Assembly (NCBI GenBank): GCA_013265495.1 | Contig: MU058065.1 | Coordinates: forward strand, 10,457,720 to 10,521,719 | Length of the DNA: 64,000 nt | Source of the DNA: Vicugna vicugna | Lineage: Eukaryota | Direction: 5' to 3' | Part shown: in pieces, positions 24,000 through 38,289 of the stretch | Numbering within the stretch: position 1 is the stretch's first letter | Layout: the number at the start of each line of letters is the position of its first letter | The notes under the pieces: model-generated | Seen by the model: the letters and a program-made list of their open reading frames with translations, nothing else | What the model was told of the DNA's origin: nothing | The model's database searches: none | Translations under genes and position numbers: made by a program

Positions 24000-24800
24000 G
24001 GTTGTCTACTTCTTATGTCCATTTTATACAATATAGATTTATTGTTGGGAAGCAATTGCCCAAACATAAACTATGTTTCATGGCTTCTGTAGGTGGATAT
24101 AAGTTATGAGGTTTAAACAGCCCAAATGGGTAAAACTGAGTCTGTAGGCAGACTAACGGCCCTACAAAGATATCTACATCCTAATTTCTAGGACTTGTAT
24201 ATATTTAGATTGCATGGCAAAGGGCAAATTAAGGTTACAAGTGGAATTAAGATCACTGATCAGCTGACCTTGAGGAGAATTGCCTGGAATAACCAAGTGG
24301 GGCCAATGTAATCACAAGCATTCTTAAATGGGGAAGAAGGAGGCTGGAGAGTCAACCCAGACAGAAGGTGTATATGGAAACACTTGGCTAATTGTTACCG
24401 GCTTTGAAAATGGATGGGAACTATGAAGTGCAGGAAGATTTTAGAAGCTGGATAAGGTAAGAAAACTGATTATACTCTATAGCTTCCAGAAAGGAATGTA
24501 GCCCCATTGGAGTTGTCAGGACTTCTAACAGTACTGTAAAATAATAAATTTGTGTTGTTTAAAGCCATAAGTTTGTAATTTGATACAGTACCAGTGAGAA
24601 GTGAATATAATGAGTTATGTCACTTTGGAACAATTTTAAAGTGAGTGTGTGAGAGTTCCTCCATTGTCGCTTTCCTCTTCTTTGACAACCTTGGAAGTCA
24701 AATGTTGAAGATGTTGGACCCATGGGTTGATGCCTGAAGGCATCCTTTTGAGCATTCACTTGCACTTAGTTATTTTGTTAAGTCGCTAAGATTAAATAAT
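24000..24800 (+). mobile_element. Old MLT1 (I/J-like) LTR interrupted by a younger MLT1
   Basis: 5' part 'ttgggaagcaattgcccaaacataaactatgtttc' and 3' part 'caaccttggaagtcaaatgttgaagatg...gttaagtcgctaagatt'. Confidence 0.55.
24143..24609 (+). mobile_element. MLT1D/E MaLR solo LTR
   Basis: 'ggaattaagatcactgatcagctgaccttgag', 'ggccaatgtaatcacaag', 'ataataaatttgtgttgtttaaagcca'. Confidence 0.88.
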
Positions 24801-27159
24801 TAATTTAATGAAACCTCCAGTATTGCAATGGCTCAGCTAATTTCAGCTAGGAGAATAATATTGGAAAAAGGGGTAAATCTAAATATAAGCATCCCAATAA
24901 AAATATTTTTGATGATTTACAAAAATACCATCTGAATAGGAAGTAGTTTTGAAGTTAAACTTTTTCAGGATCACAAACTTAAGTAAACAAAGTCTTTTCC
25001 GTAAAAGTCATATGAGAATGATCTCAGTAAAGCTAAACCTAATAAGAAATAAAAGCAATTTGTTATAAAGTTGTAGAAACATAGTTCGGTGGTAGTAAAA
25101 ATAACACTTTTTAAGATTAGGCATTTTTTAATGATTATGTGGCTTATTTTTTTTCCCTAAAGATTAACATTACCTGGATTACTAGAGTTTAGTAATAAGA
25201 TTGTTTTAATGATACTTACATCTTCTAGAATCGAACTTCATTCATATTACATGTTAATGTTGTAAAGGACAAACTGGTCCTCAGGCAGTATTAAATAACC
25301 TGACTTTAATTGTCTTGTTGTAAACAATATAGGACCCTATCTTGTATTAAAAATAACTTTGGCTTAACAGTTACTATCAGCTGTGTCTAGGGACAGATTT
25401 TATTTGTAATAATATTGGTATGTAACTATGAATATTTCATATCTCATTCTTTGTTGACTGGTATATAAAATAAATGTTCATATTTCCTACTATGCTCTCA
25501 TTACCACATAAAAAAGGATTGTTTCAGACAATATGTGGCCAATCAATGAAAAGACTAACTTAGCCTTTGATATAGAATGATACTAACCCAACATTAAAAC
25601 TTTCGCTATCATTATGTCATTGATAGCTCTCAAATAAGACCATAATTCATGAGCTTTTCCCCCTTTATAAGTCCCAGTCCATATACAGTCACTTCAGAAA
25701 ACTAGCTAAAATAAAAACTTAACAAACACAGTGAACTGGACAGTCCCTGCATTTTTCCAATTTTGACAGACAACAAAATATACTAAAGAGATGTTTTTAG
25801 GCATCCTTGATTCCTGAGGGAGGAGAAAATAAAACGTATTGTGACAAAAAGGAAAAGAGTGAGTTTGTAAGGGGAACACACAGCCAAGCGGCGTGTTCTG
25901 GTGTTACTACTACAGGACTTCCAAATTCACATCAGCATGGAAACATGTTGTTTATAGGTGATGGACAATATCTGTGAAACAATATTGCCGAGAGGCCCCT
26001 TAAGTTTTAACTTACATATACAGAGAGTTTAAAGCTCGCAAATGGAAAATATCTAAAGCTAGTCATATTAGACAAACAGCTTAAGAGGTTAAACTAAAAG
26101 GTCCAGTGTTAGAAAGAAAAATGTTAAAATTCATTGTGAAGATTTTCTAATGTCATAAAATCAGACAAAATATGCCACAGCTCCTTCATGTCTAATCGTT
26201 TAATTGTAGAGTAAATTATGTTGTTCTGTTTTCAGCATTTAATTTTTAAATTAGCTCTTGGCTGCAGTGTCCTTGATGACAGAACTGAATTAGCTGTGCC
26301 TGTTGAAGAGAATTATGCTGTATACGTGATACATGATCACACGGAAAACTTAATACAAGCAATCAGAATCACAGTGAAGCCTGTTTCTAAAAGGTGAAAG
26401 AACAGTCGCAAAACAGTCTGTATTTAGGGACAGAAGAGTCAAAGGAAAAGAGCTACAGTAAAATAAAATTAGATGGGTCTGTGTTCTATCTAGGTAAATG
26501 CACTGATTGTAAACTACTGAGTTATAGAAGAATGGATTATTCACTTTTCTTGTATTAATTCATCAATAGAGTGATCAACAACATGATTCCTTGAGATCAA
26601 ATTAACCAGAAAAATTCTGATTTTTAATTTTCTACTTTACTGGCTTTTTTAAGCACCATATTACCTACAACTGTGTAAATATGTTCTTTGTGTTTCCACG
26701 AATGAGTAATGATAGCTTCTGAATTTCTTATATTATGCAAATTATATAAATACATACAGATTTACAGTAGTGAATGACAGCTAAGCTAAAAGTGCCTTTT
26801 CAACAATATCCTATAAAGTGGATGAGTTCACACAGCTAATTACATCTATGGAAATTTTTTTTTCTCCAACAAGTTTATGAAAACTTTGTTTTAAATCTTA
26901 GCCAGACACAAATATTCAACATAAAATCCTTGAAGAATTTCAGAAATGTAAAGCAATAAAAAATTACATAATGTTAAAAATATTTCTTTTGGGGTAGCTC
27001 AAGTGAAATAAAAGGGTGTTTACAACGGGTAAGAAATATTTTTTTAAAATTTTGAAAGGAAAGGATAGAGTTGGTACCTCAGCAGCCCTAGTTTCAAATT
27101 AGTTTTCATGTTGTTATTTATGCAATATGAGATAGTCAACTTCTGATGAAGAAGTAAAT

Positions 27160-27620
27160 AACCCTTTAATCTTTTTGGCATACAATAAAAACTTGTTGCT
27201 TATATGCTCATATTACATGATGTTCTGTGGTTCACCTGCATGGCAGGTCAGCAGAGCTCAGCTATGCTTAACTGGGTTCTGTTGAGATGGACTCATCTCC
27301 TCAAATATTCTTCTTTTTAAACATTGATGGAAGTAATAACTATTATCTAGGAAATGTATTTTCAAATTGAAAAACAGGAGCAAGAAAAGCAGAGCATTAT
27401 CATGCAGTTTAATTTTATGTTTCTACTGGGAAATAGCAAACTGTATTTATTTACAGATTAGCCAAAACATGTTATACTAACCAAGCATAGAGTTAAAGGA
27501 CGTGGGAAAAATGAACTTTTCCACAGAAAGCACAGGCAATTGACAGCACAGTAGTCATGGATGTATTATCCTATTATAGAGGGAGAGTGGAGTCGGGAAC
27601 AATAACCCAATATGCCATAG
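27160..27620 (-). mobile_element. Old MLT1 (H/I-like) LTR
   Basis: 'ggcatacaataaaaacttgttgcttat...ttagccaaaacatgtta...ccaagcatagagttaaagg...gggaacaataacccaatatgccata'. Confidence 0.6.
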
Positions 27621-27749
27621 GGATAGATGTTACAGCATCTCAGAAACAGGAAGATAATCTGCTTCTAATAATCTTCATTCTATAAGAGAGAAATAGGAAG
27701 AATGTTAAGACTATAAAAAATTCACATCATGATTGTCTTTCCATACGTA

Positions 27750-27872
27750 TTAGATGTCTCTTTTGCTCCACTGAAACATGAGCACAATGAAGGCAAATCT
27801 TTTTATCTGTCTGTTCGTAGAAAATGTCTGGCCTGTCATAGACACTCAAACATTTATGACTGACTTAATAAA
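27750..27872 (+). mobile_element. L2 3' end
   Basis: 'ccactgaaacatgagcacaatgaaggcaaatc...ctggcctgtcatagacactcaaacattta'. Confidence 0.6.
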
Positions 27873-28299
27873 GACAAGTAGGGAACACATTTGGAGGGAG
27901 ATGTGATTATGTTAACAAAGATGATTTTCCTGGAGAAACGATGAAGGAAGAATCTAAATTAAGAAAAAAAAAAAAAAACAGTCTGAAAACTTCCAAATGT
28001 GAAGGTGGGATAAAACAACAGCAGAGCTTTCTGAGGTACAAAAACTGTTTTTATGGTCTGAATCTAGAATGTGGTTTATAAACGATACTTTCTTAATGCA
28101 GTAGCACACATTCAGGTATTATAGTAAGATGAAACTTTTACCTTTCTAGCAAACTATGAGTCTCACTAGATTGTGTTCAATTAAAAATTTATATAGGAAA
28201 TATAGTGTATAAATTGTAAGAGCACATTTCAATAATTTTCCTAAAGGGAATCCATATAAACAGTTATCCACATGAAAAAAAAGAGAATATTATCAGAAT

Positions 28300-29900
28300 T
28301 ATAAAAAAAACCCTCATAATCCTTTCATATAACACTAATTTCTCCTATAAACGCTATCCTGACTTCTAAATAACTAGGTTAGTTTTGATTATTTTTGAAC
28401 CTTGTATAAAGTATGGAATAAATTCTAATGTCTACTTTTCTCAAAATCATATAAATGGGAGAAAGCTATTGTGTTTTGATAGCTATAGTTTATTAATTGT
28501 TGTATAGTATTATACTGTATGTGAATCCATAATTTATCATTAATGTTTGGGTTGCTGTTATGAACATCTTGGTGTGTAGTATTTGATGCATATATGTACA
28601 TTTTGGATGTATAAATCTAAGTGGTATTGTCAGGTCATACAGGAATGTATATATATATCCAAATTTATAGTATCATGGTATATATGAATATATACATATA
28701 TCTCATAAAACATGTCTAAAACTTTTCAAAAGTTTTACTAATTTACACTCTAGTGAATAAGAGGTACTTTTTTTTATATTATAAAATTTTACCTTTAAAA
28801 AAACAGTCTGGTGAGTTTAATATTATTATTTAGCTTTTACTGCATAGCATACCACCCCAATATAATATTGGCCTTAAACAACAACCATCTATTTGTCTTG
28901 AAACTAAGTGTCATAACTTTGGGCTTAGTGATTCTTCTGGCCTCAACCAGGCTCGCTAGTGCTTCTGCAGACAGCTGCCAGTTTAAGCTGGGTGATACAG
29001 GATGCCTGTAGCTGGGACAGTACATCTTGGTTTCATGTGATCTGCCATTATCTAATAGGGTGGACTGAGATTTTAAGATGGTAATGATATAAGATATTAA
29101 GAGATAACAATAAAATACAAAACTCATTGGGAAGTGATTTTGTGTATGCTGTGAGGTAATGGTCTAGCTTCTTAATTTTTTTCATAGTGATATTACAATT
29201 TATTCAGACTATTTTAATGGAAAGACCTCTGTTTGGACACTGCTGTGAAGGTCCATCTTTGTCAAATCAAGTGTCAAGACTGCATGAGTCATTCTTTGTA
29301 TTCTCTACAGTATTCTGTTGGTGTATGTCTAGTCTTACAGTAAGACTAAACTGTCTCCACTATTATAATGTTACAATACATCTTCTTACTCAGTGTAGCA
29401 ACCCTTTCTTCTCTTCTTTCTCCTGTTTCTTCTTTTTAATATTTTCTTTGCTATTCTGGGTCCTTTGTCTTCTTACACTAAGCTTTAGAATTTGCTTAAT
29501 TGCCAAAACATAATTTCCTGGAATTTTAATTCAAAATACATTTAAACCAAACAATTTGGAGAAAATGGTATTACTTTTTGTCATACTTTTCATCTATGAA
29601 TTTAGTTCATCTATCCTTTTACTTAGTATTTTTAAACTTATTTTAATAATATTATATTGTTTTCTGTGGATTAGTCTGAGTATTCCTTTTTATTTGTTTT
29701 TTTGGGGTTTCTACTTAAATGGTATATATTCTTTTAAAATATATATGTTGTAGGACATATAAACATGCATAATTTTTGTATATTGAATTTATCCAGCCAA
29801 TTTGTTGAGTTTACTTTTTAATCCTAATTGACTTTTTAATTCTGATCAACCATATGGATGCTATATTTCACATACACAATTGCTACCTGGAGGTATTGAG
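28300..29900 (-). mobile_element. Old L1M (L1ME-like) fragments, interrupted by an MLT1 piece at about 28830-29085
   Basis: Antisense L1 motifs 'tgttatgaacatcttggtg', 'gattttgtgtatgctgtgaggtaatggtctagcttc', 'aatttttgtatattgaattt'. Confidence 0.65.
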
Positions 29901-30286
29901 AGCTGTTTTTTTTTTTTAAAGTCACTAAATCTCTTTTAAGTTGCCTTTAAAGCAATCTGTTGAGTTATTACAGATTTCAGTTCTAAAATTATTATCCATA
30001 ATATTATTTAGTTTTCTGAAAATATTGTCAATCATATTTTATGCTATTTTTATACTGTAAAAGGTCATAGCTATTTTAAAGTACAATTTGATCATCTTTT
30101 TACCTGGGTCCCCTGTGTTTCTGGTTCTGTTAAACTTCCATTTTTCTTGGATGTTTCCTCATGTTACTTCTTTGCATGACTATTTAAAATTTCTTTGCAT
30201 GACTGATTATTTTTAAAAATTATATCCTGTACATTATACATGAAAAATTTTTGTGATAACTTGAAGTGATGCCTGGTAGTGTCCTT

Positions 30287-31503
30287 TTCCAGTTTTATTG
30301 AGATATATTCCAGTTTTACTGAGATATAATTGACATTAACATTGTATTAGTTTTAAGTATACAATATAATGATTTGATAAATATACTACATAATTTAGTT
30401 GTCATTTATCACTTCACATAATTACAGTTTTTTTTCTTGTAATGAAAACTTTTCTGCTCTACTGTTACCAACTTTCAAATAAGCTATATAGTATTGTTAA
30501 CTATAATAACCATGCTGTACATTACATCCCCAGAATTTATTTATCTTATAACTGGAAACTTGTACCTTTTGACTGCTTTCACCCATTTCATTCCTTACCT
30601 CCATTTCTGGCAACCAACAATCTATTCTTTGAATCAATGAATTTTTTTGTTGTTGTTACTTTTGTGTGTGTGAGTGTGTGGGTGGGTGAGTGTGTGTTAA
30701 AGTGAGGTCATACAGTATTTGTTTTTCTCTGTCCAACTTATTTCGCTTATCATAGTATCTCCAAGGCCCACCCATGTTGTTGCAAAGGCAGAATTTCCTT
30801 TTTTTATAGTTGAGTAATTTCTAATGTGTGTCTATACATGTGTGCATTTGTGTATATGCACACATATATATTCATGATATTTTCTTCTTTGATCTGGTGA
30901 TGGACAATTAGGTTGTTTCCCTGTGTTGCCTATTGTGAATAATTCTGCAAAGAGCATGGAAATACATATATCTTTTGAAATAGTTACTTTGTTTCCTTCT
31001 GAAGTATACCAAGAAGTGGAATTATTGAACTACATGGTAGTTCTATTTTTAACTTTTTGAGGTGCTTCCATACTATTTTTCATAGTGGCTGCACCAATTT
31101 ACATCCCCACCAACAATGTACATGGATTCCCTTTACTCCACGTCCTTGCCAACAGTTATCATCTCTTGTCTTTTTGATAATAGCCATTCTAATAGGTCTG
31201 AGGTGATATATCTCTGTGGTTTTAATTTGCATTTCCTGATGATTTGTAATGTTGAGCACCTTTTCATGTGCCTGTTCGCTATTTGTATGTCTTCTTTGGA
31301 AAAAAAATGTCTATTCAGTTCCTCCACCCATTATTTAATCTGATTGTTTGCTTTTTTGATATTGGGTTGTGTGAATTCTCTGAATATAAGATCTGTAAAA
31401 CTATTCTTCCATTCTCTAGGTTGCCTTTTCATTTTTTGATTTTCTTTTGTTGCACAGAAGTTTCTTCAGTTTGATAAAATCCTACTTGCTTTTTTTCACT
31501 TTT
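30287..31503 (-). mobile_element. L1MA9-like 3' end including the ORF2 C-terminal remnant
   Basis: Typical 3' UTR. The ORF track 31133..31327 gives [22 protein letters not shown], an L1 ORF2 C-terminal motif. Confidence 0.92.
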
Positions 31504-31507
31504 GATG

Positions 31508-31670
31508 TGTTAGGCATTTAGATAGAAATGAGCACCAGGCAAGGGGAGAGGAAGGGAGAAGGAGCAACCCAGAAAATAACAGTACCCCTGCACTCAGGAT
31601 AAGGGGCTCCAAAAATTTTACTTTCTCTAAATGAAGGCCAGCAAAGGCCTGAAACCTGGGTATCTGTTTG
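31508..31670 (+). mobile_element. Possible ERV1 LTR 5' fragment
   Basis: Begins 'tgttaggcatttagatagaaatgagc', resembling ERV1 LTR starts. No CA end identified. Confidence 0.4.
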
Positions 31671-34600
31671 ACTTTTTTGTTTGTTTTCCTCTAGTATAGA
31701 TGCTCATGTCTGGCTTTCTTTCTTTATTCATACTTCATAATTTGACAATCAAAAAAAGACCTTTAAGAAATATTCCATAAATACAGTATTGGTACCATCT
31801 AACTGATACGCACAAGGAAAAATAAACATCATCATTAAACAAAGAGGGAGATCCCTAAAAGCTTTAAGAAGTACTTTATCATTATTTGATCTTTTGTCAA
31901 TCTCACTCTTAAAAAGGTTAGGGGGCTCACTTTTCAAGAAAGGAATTGTTAGATGAAGTACTGCATTTAAAAGCAATTCATAATCCAAATTGTAGGTAAT
32001 TGCTATTTTAAGAAGCTGTTATAGCCTTTATATGAAAACAGTAAAACCATGCTTTATTTTTACCTCACATGTATATATCTATAGTTTATATGTATATTCC
32101 ATTATTTATAAAAAGTTATTTTTAGGAGAAATAGAGAAACTGTATTTATAGAATAAATGGCCAGCAATGTGAAAGATATGCCAAAAATCTTCAGAGAATA
32201 AGATAGAAACATAACTAAACAGGTATTTGCACGTATTTTTGTTTAAAAAATTCAGAACTTGAATTATTAAGGTCCTCTACTTTATAGTTTGTTTTAAAAT
32301 GAATTACCGATGGTTGGTGATGAATATTAACATACAGGAAAAAGTGACCAGTGGGAAAATATTTTTTCAATTCTCTAATTGGAGGTTTAATCAGAAACAT
32401 AAGAACTTCTAGAAAGGCAGTCATCCATTAACAACAAATCTAGTAAGTTGTGTTAATAGAATAAGCAAATGGAATAAAAGTGATGTATCTGTTAAATGAG
32501 AAAAATGTCAAGAGTCCTTGAGTATTCCCAGTCTCTCGTGCATGCCTTAGGCAAGGGCACTAACTTCACTAACATCTATGAACAAGTCAATTCTCTGTCG
32601 TTGTTTTAAATACGATCAGAAATGATGCATTCCTTTTTTTGCCATATAATTATATTCTGCAGCGACCTTTAAGCCATCAGAAAAAAAGTCCCATAGTAAT
32701 ATTTGTACAGATAATTGTATCACATTTAATGGATGAAAGAGGGAATCTTTGCCAAGCTGGAATAATTCTTAAGTAAAATGTGGTGTCATGCTCATATGCA
32801 TATGTAAAATGGCTTGTTATAACATTCTACATAAAATACCGTTTGTTAAAAAAAATCTGTGCTCTATAGTCATTCGCTTCTAATAAACTTGTCATTTCTT
32901 GGCAGCAGTTGTGTCAGCTAAAATACTGGAAATTCCAGCATTTCATCTTCAAACAAGAACTAGTGGATGCGTTTCTGTGAAGATATGATAGGCAATATTC
33001 ATTTTCTAATAAGTCTCATGACAATATTTTCCTGCAATCTAGTCTACAACACAACACTTTTTTATTAAATTTTTTTCACTTGAAGCTTCACTACTCCATC
33101 TTTAAATTGTTCTGATAAAACGTCTCCTATCTTTTCTTGGCCATTGTAAATTATGTGTAATGTTTGGTCTAATCAGCAAACATCTCTTTCTCCTTGATTC
33201 CCCAAAAGTTCTCATTTTCATGTTTTCTGTAAATATAAACATTCAACATGTTTCTAGCTTCAGAACCATTTTTTTCCCCCAAACTCTTACCCTAGACTAC
33301 ATTATGTACTCATATTTTGAGTGGCAGTGGCTTAAATCCATATTCACGTTTCTAAATGTAATGTCTTTCTAGCTAAAAGCCTAAATGTGTGTCTTAATTG
33401 CCATAATTTCTCCAGAATGGATTAGCAATTTCTCAATGACAAACTATAGAAATCCAAATTTATTACATTTCCCAGTGAACCGGAACATCCTTCTCATGCT
33501 CTCTGCATCATATCACAGTCATCTCAGTTACTAAATATAGAACCATTGGAGGCAATGCCAGTGATTTTCTTTCCCATGCTAGATTTACATTTGCTTCTAC
33601 CTTAATAATGCCTCATTTTGAAACCCTGAACTTTTTAGGAATAAATACCAAACAAGTTATAAACAAAGTTAATATAAATAATAAATAGTAAATAATAAAT
33701 TTTAAAAAGCTCATATCTAATATTTAGCTCACATGTGCTAACCAAAGAAGAAACAACAAACCGAGACTACAAGAATGTTCAGGGCATGTCTCTGGGAGCT
33801 ATGAGGGCAATAATCCTCCTGCACTGACCGTTCGAGATTAGTAGACCTGTGATGGAGAATGGAATCACATGTGGAATACACTGAAAGTTTAACTAAGATT
33901 TTATGTTCTCATATCCTCAAAGCCCCACCATACCACTAAGATTTCTTCACCACCTTTTAGTTAAGAATTACAATTACAAAAATACAAGAAATTACTATAT
34001 AAAATTTATTATTCCATTAATCAAATATGTTATTCTTCCTGGGAACGGTAGTTGATTTTAAATATTTGTTTTCTCTGCAGATTTTAAGCCTCTTGAGGGA
34101 ATGATCATTTATTTGCTCACTAGTTTAGTTTCAGTTAATATTCATTCCTTTAATAATTTAATTAACATTTATGCATAACAATATATGTTGCCAGGGTAAG
34201 CTTTTAGCTGATAATATAATGGATTAAAGGATACACTTTCAGCTAATGGATAGTTGTCTTCAAGAAAGTAGTTTTCATAGGCATAATTTCAAGGACTCTC
34301 TCTGACAAATACGCTTCATTTCCTTTTGAATCAAGACCAGTTGTTTCTGCTTGCTACTAATTGTTGTTCTAATGTTTTTACATCTTTAAATTTGAGAGAG
34401 AACTATTGAACCAATTTACATCTTGTGAATTGTCTTCCATATCATCATTAAATACATTTAAAAATGTTGGATTTCATAATTTCTAGTTTTAAAATACTTT
34501 TTTGAGGGGTAAATGGTATGTTGAAGATGGCTTATTATGTTTTATGCATGGTCAGTTCTAAAGTAGGAAATATACAATATTACAAAAATGCAAAATGATT

Positions 34601-35699
34601 TTCTCTTGGGATGTTTTACTGGAAAAAATATTTTTTCAATAACGTATTACGAGAAAATATAATTTTAAAATTTATTAAAGCAAGATGCTTATATCTTAAC
34701 TACTATATACATATTTTGTAGGTAAAAACCAGAACTTCCAGGGTCTCACTGAGCTGTTTTGGAGATTTTTCTGCCTATGCAGTAGAAACATATTTTTTAA
34801 TTAGAAGTCGTTTCTTTAATTTATGATATATATAGAAATAAAATCCTACCATGAAGAACTTCCAAGTCCCATTACAATGTCAGATTTAGTCAGTTGAAAT
34901 CTGTTGCACATAAGGGCAATTCTATGTAGTGTGCTCTATGAAATTTATTTACTAAATGTGGCTTATGAATGAATATCTTGAACAACACGTTCAATTAGCT
35001 ATTCACTTACTATGAATAATTTACCTGTTGTGTTATTTGTGTAAAAGTTGAAAGGGAAAAATTCCCTATTTACTACTTTAAGCCTAATGCAGTAACTTTT
35101 TTTCAGTAATTTTATTTGATGTCTGAAACATTGAAACATGCGTGTTTACGTTTTATGTTTAGACTTTAATATAATTGTATATGGACATGTATGTATTATA
35201 TTAATCCTTATAATAATAAGCACAGTAAATGGAATCTACAGTATTTTAAGAACTCAAAGTTTTAAGGTAAGTCACTTTGCATATGTTAATATTCTCATGC
35301 AATTATAAAGATCAAACTGTATAAAAGGAAGCAGAGGGATGTGATACAAATTTATGAGCAAAATGGAAAAAAAATGACTTCATGAAATGCTGAATTCTAA
35401 ACACTTAGATGTTATTTTTGATTGTTGTTGATGAAAAATAAAAATTAAACCTCATAGCATATTTACCTTAAATATGAGTTTTTCTATTTTATTGCTATTA
35501 TGAAGGGCAAATAGCTGAATTACACTGGCATGAGGCTGCTTGTATATTTCTTAGAAGGAATTAAACCCTCATACACACAAACAATAATTGCAGTAGTTGT
35601 ATGCAAGAGACAGTGTATACATTTCCTGGAAGGACAGTGGCAAGAATGAGTATGAGTCCCATCATATTGTTTTCTTTATTAGTGACTTTTTTATGGGCT

Positions 35700-35930
35700 C
35701 TGATATTTGTTTAAATAGCTTTGAATCCCAGCTCTATTTTAAATATCTACATGATATGTAATTTGGGGCAGTTACTTAAAGCTATGACTCTCAATTACTT
35801 CACCTATAAATATAATAATAATAACAGTATTACCATGTAGTTTTGCTGGGTGGAATAAATGAATGTGCCTTTTATTCCTGTAAGTGTGAAGCATATGAAA
35901 GCACTATATAGGTATTAGAAATTATTATTT
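35700..35930 (+). mobile_element. MIR SINE
   Basis: 'tttgaatcccagctcta...ttggggcagttacttaa...ctcaattacttcacctataaatataataataataacag'. Confidence 0.75.
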
Positions 35931-37779
35931 TTATTGTAATAATCATATACGAGCTACTGTAATAGATACTTTAAATATATTATCTTACTTCTTGTAGGCC
36001 ATGTGGCAAATTGTGGGTATATAGTGTATCTCATCTGTTGGGTATTTTGTCTGAGATAATGCCTTAGAGATAAGTTACACTGAGATTTCATGAGTTTTCA
36101 GAATGAAAACAATTCATAGGATATCAGTATATTGTTGATTCCATGACATCATGAGTTGGGTCTATTTCAAGACAGCCATCATCATAATTGTACAGATCAA
36201 AAAGGACTTTTCTGCTTGTGACTCTCTTCCTTATTTTGCTTTTCTGTGTTGCTGTTTGTGTGTTCCTTATAACATTATCTTCCTGATACCAATTTTATGT
36301 CTTCAGGACACCCTAAGAAAATAAATGTACTATAAAATTATATTTTTAGGAATGTTTCACATATCCATTCTTCTGAATATTTCACATAAAAGTTTCTCTG
36401 CTGAAAAGAGTAAATAATAAATTCAGTAGAAATAAGAATCAGCAACAATAGACATTTACTCTTCAACTACTTTCAGTAAATTCATTATACTTTCTAATCA
36501 TACTTAAGCTGGCTTGATTTAGCATTGGTTAAGGTTAAAACTTTGTACACTCATGAAAGAATGTGTTATTGTAAAACTTGTTCTTTCTTCTCAAGAGATC
36601 ATTTTTTAAAAGGGAAAACCTTAGCCACTTTGGACCATGAGGCGATCATTATGTTAAACCAAGACTTTTAAGCATTTCTGGATAAATGGCTCCTTGGTGT
36701 CAAGAGTTATTTTAAAGCATTGTCAGAAACAACACATTTTGTAATCATTTGTTAAATAATTGCTCTTGTTCTTGGGTATTTGATATTTGACAAGTATTTC
36801 TTTCAGGAAAATTAATAGGAAACATAATAAATATTGGTGTGTTCTTGTTAGCAACAATTTTTTTCCTTGGGAAATCTTCCAATATTTTCCACCCCTAAAA
36901 ATTTCCAGAAATTTCTCATAAATATTGTTTTCCCAAATAGTATGTTAAACAAAGAATGCAATACACAAAGATATTGTTTTACATATTCATTGACTTTCTT
37001 TTTCCTTTGTTTTATTGATGTCATTTTTCTTTTTTACCTGTCATTTTTCTTTTATATCTATCTTTACAATTAAACTGAAAAATAACTGCCTATATTATTT
37101 TAGTTTCTACAAATAGAGATTAAAACATGAAATTTTAAATTTTATATTTTTAAAGATGGTGTATATATATGTGTATGTATCAATATTTTTGGTTACCTAA
37201 GATATTATAAAACTTCCTTTTTTCCTTCAGCATATCTTTTTTATAAAAATTCTAGAAGTTTAGGAAACAAATTTTAATTTAGAACAGAATCTTTTTTCTT
37301 TGATCAGTTTCTAAGCATACAACTTACAGTGTCCTTTGTGTACCAGAGTATACATGTATCTGTACAAAAATAGACAAGCCGAACACGTGGAGCATGACTA
37401 TTTGTGAGGCCGGTTTGTGTGATATTAACAAAATGGACTCTGGACCTTTCCATTTGCCTTAAAAAGGGCATATAAAAGGAGTTCATTTTTTGTTTTTGTT
37501 TTTTGTTTGTTTGTTTTTGGTAGTTCAGCTAAATGACTAACTGTTACCTTAAAAGGTAAAATTATCCAATTCATAATAAATTTTAAATGTAATTCCTGAA
37601 GTCATCACATTTGCAATTTCAGAAAACAGTTGTGTAAAATTTTCAACTCTCTATTTCCTGATCTGGGACTGGATAGAATACTTGTGCATAGAGAAGGAAA
37701 TACTTACATGACTAAGCAAAAGTGGTACTTTTCATAAATCAGTCAAGATAGATATGTGTGCCTTCTCAGTTTTTGCTAT

Positions 37780-38200
37780 AATCTTAGTTTGCTCTGGTGG
37801 TTCATGTGATTGAATGGGAAAAGTGATCCTTTGTTGTAATAGGGTTGTTATGGGCCTAGGGCTGAGCTAATGAAACAAAAAATTCCAAGAAATATTGGTT
37901 ACATAAGATATGTGTATTTCTTTCTTTTCTTTTTTATAAATGCAACCAGTGACTTATGTCCTTATATCACCTGCTAGAACATTTTGCTAAACCTCAAGAT
38001 TGATTGGAATGGAGCCATCTTTCCATTTGCAATCAATCCCGAGGCAAGAGGAAATAGAGGACTAGCTAGTGGAATGCTTTAAATTTAAATCGGACATGAC
38101 CAAAAGTGGGGCACATGGACCCACTATTCATATAACCATGTGCACAGCTACAACTCTTTTCCTATGAAAGAAGGCAGAATTATTTTTTAGGCTGACAACC
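37780..38200 (-). mobile_element. Old MLT1 (K/L-like) LTR
   Basis: 'gattgattggaatggagccat...caatcaatccc' and purine-rich downstream motifs. Confidence 0.45.
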
Positions 38201-38289
38201 GGTAGTCAACCAATTTGGACAACGTAAATGATATAAAGACATTTCACACTTAAATGAACACACAAGATTACAATATAAAAGAGAAAAAG

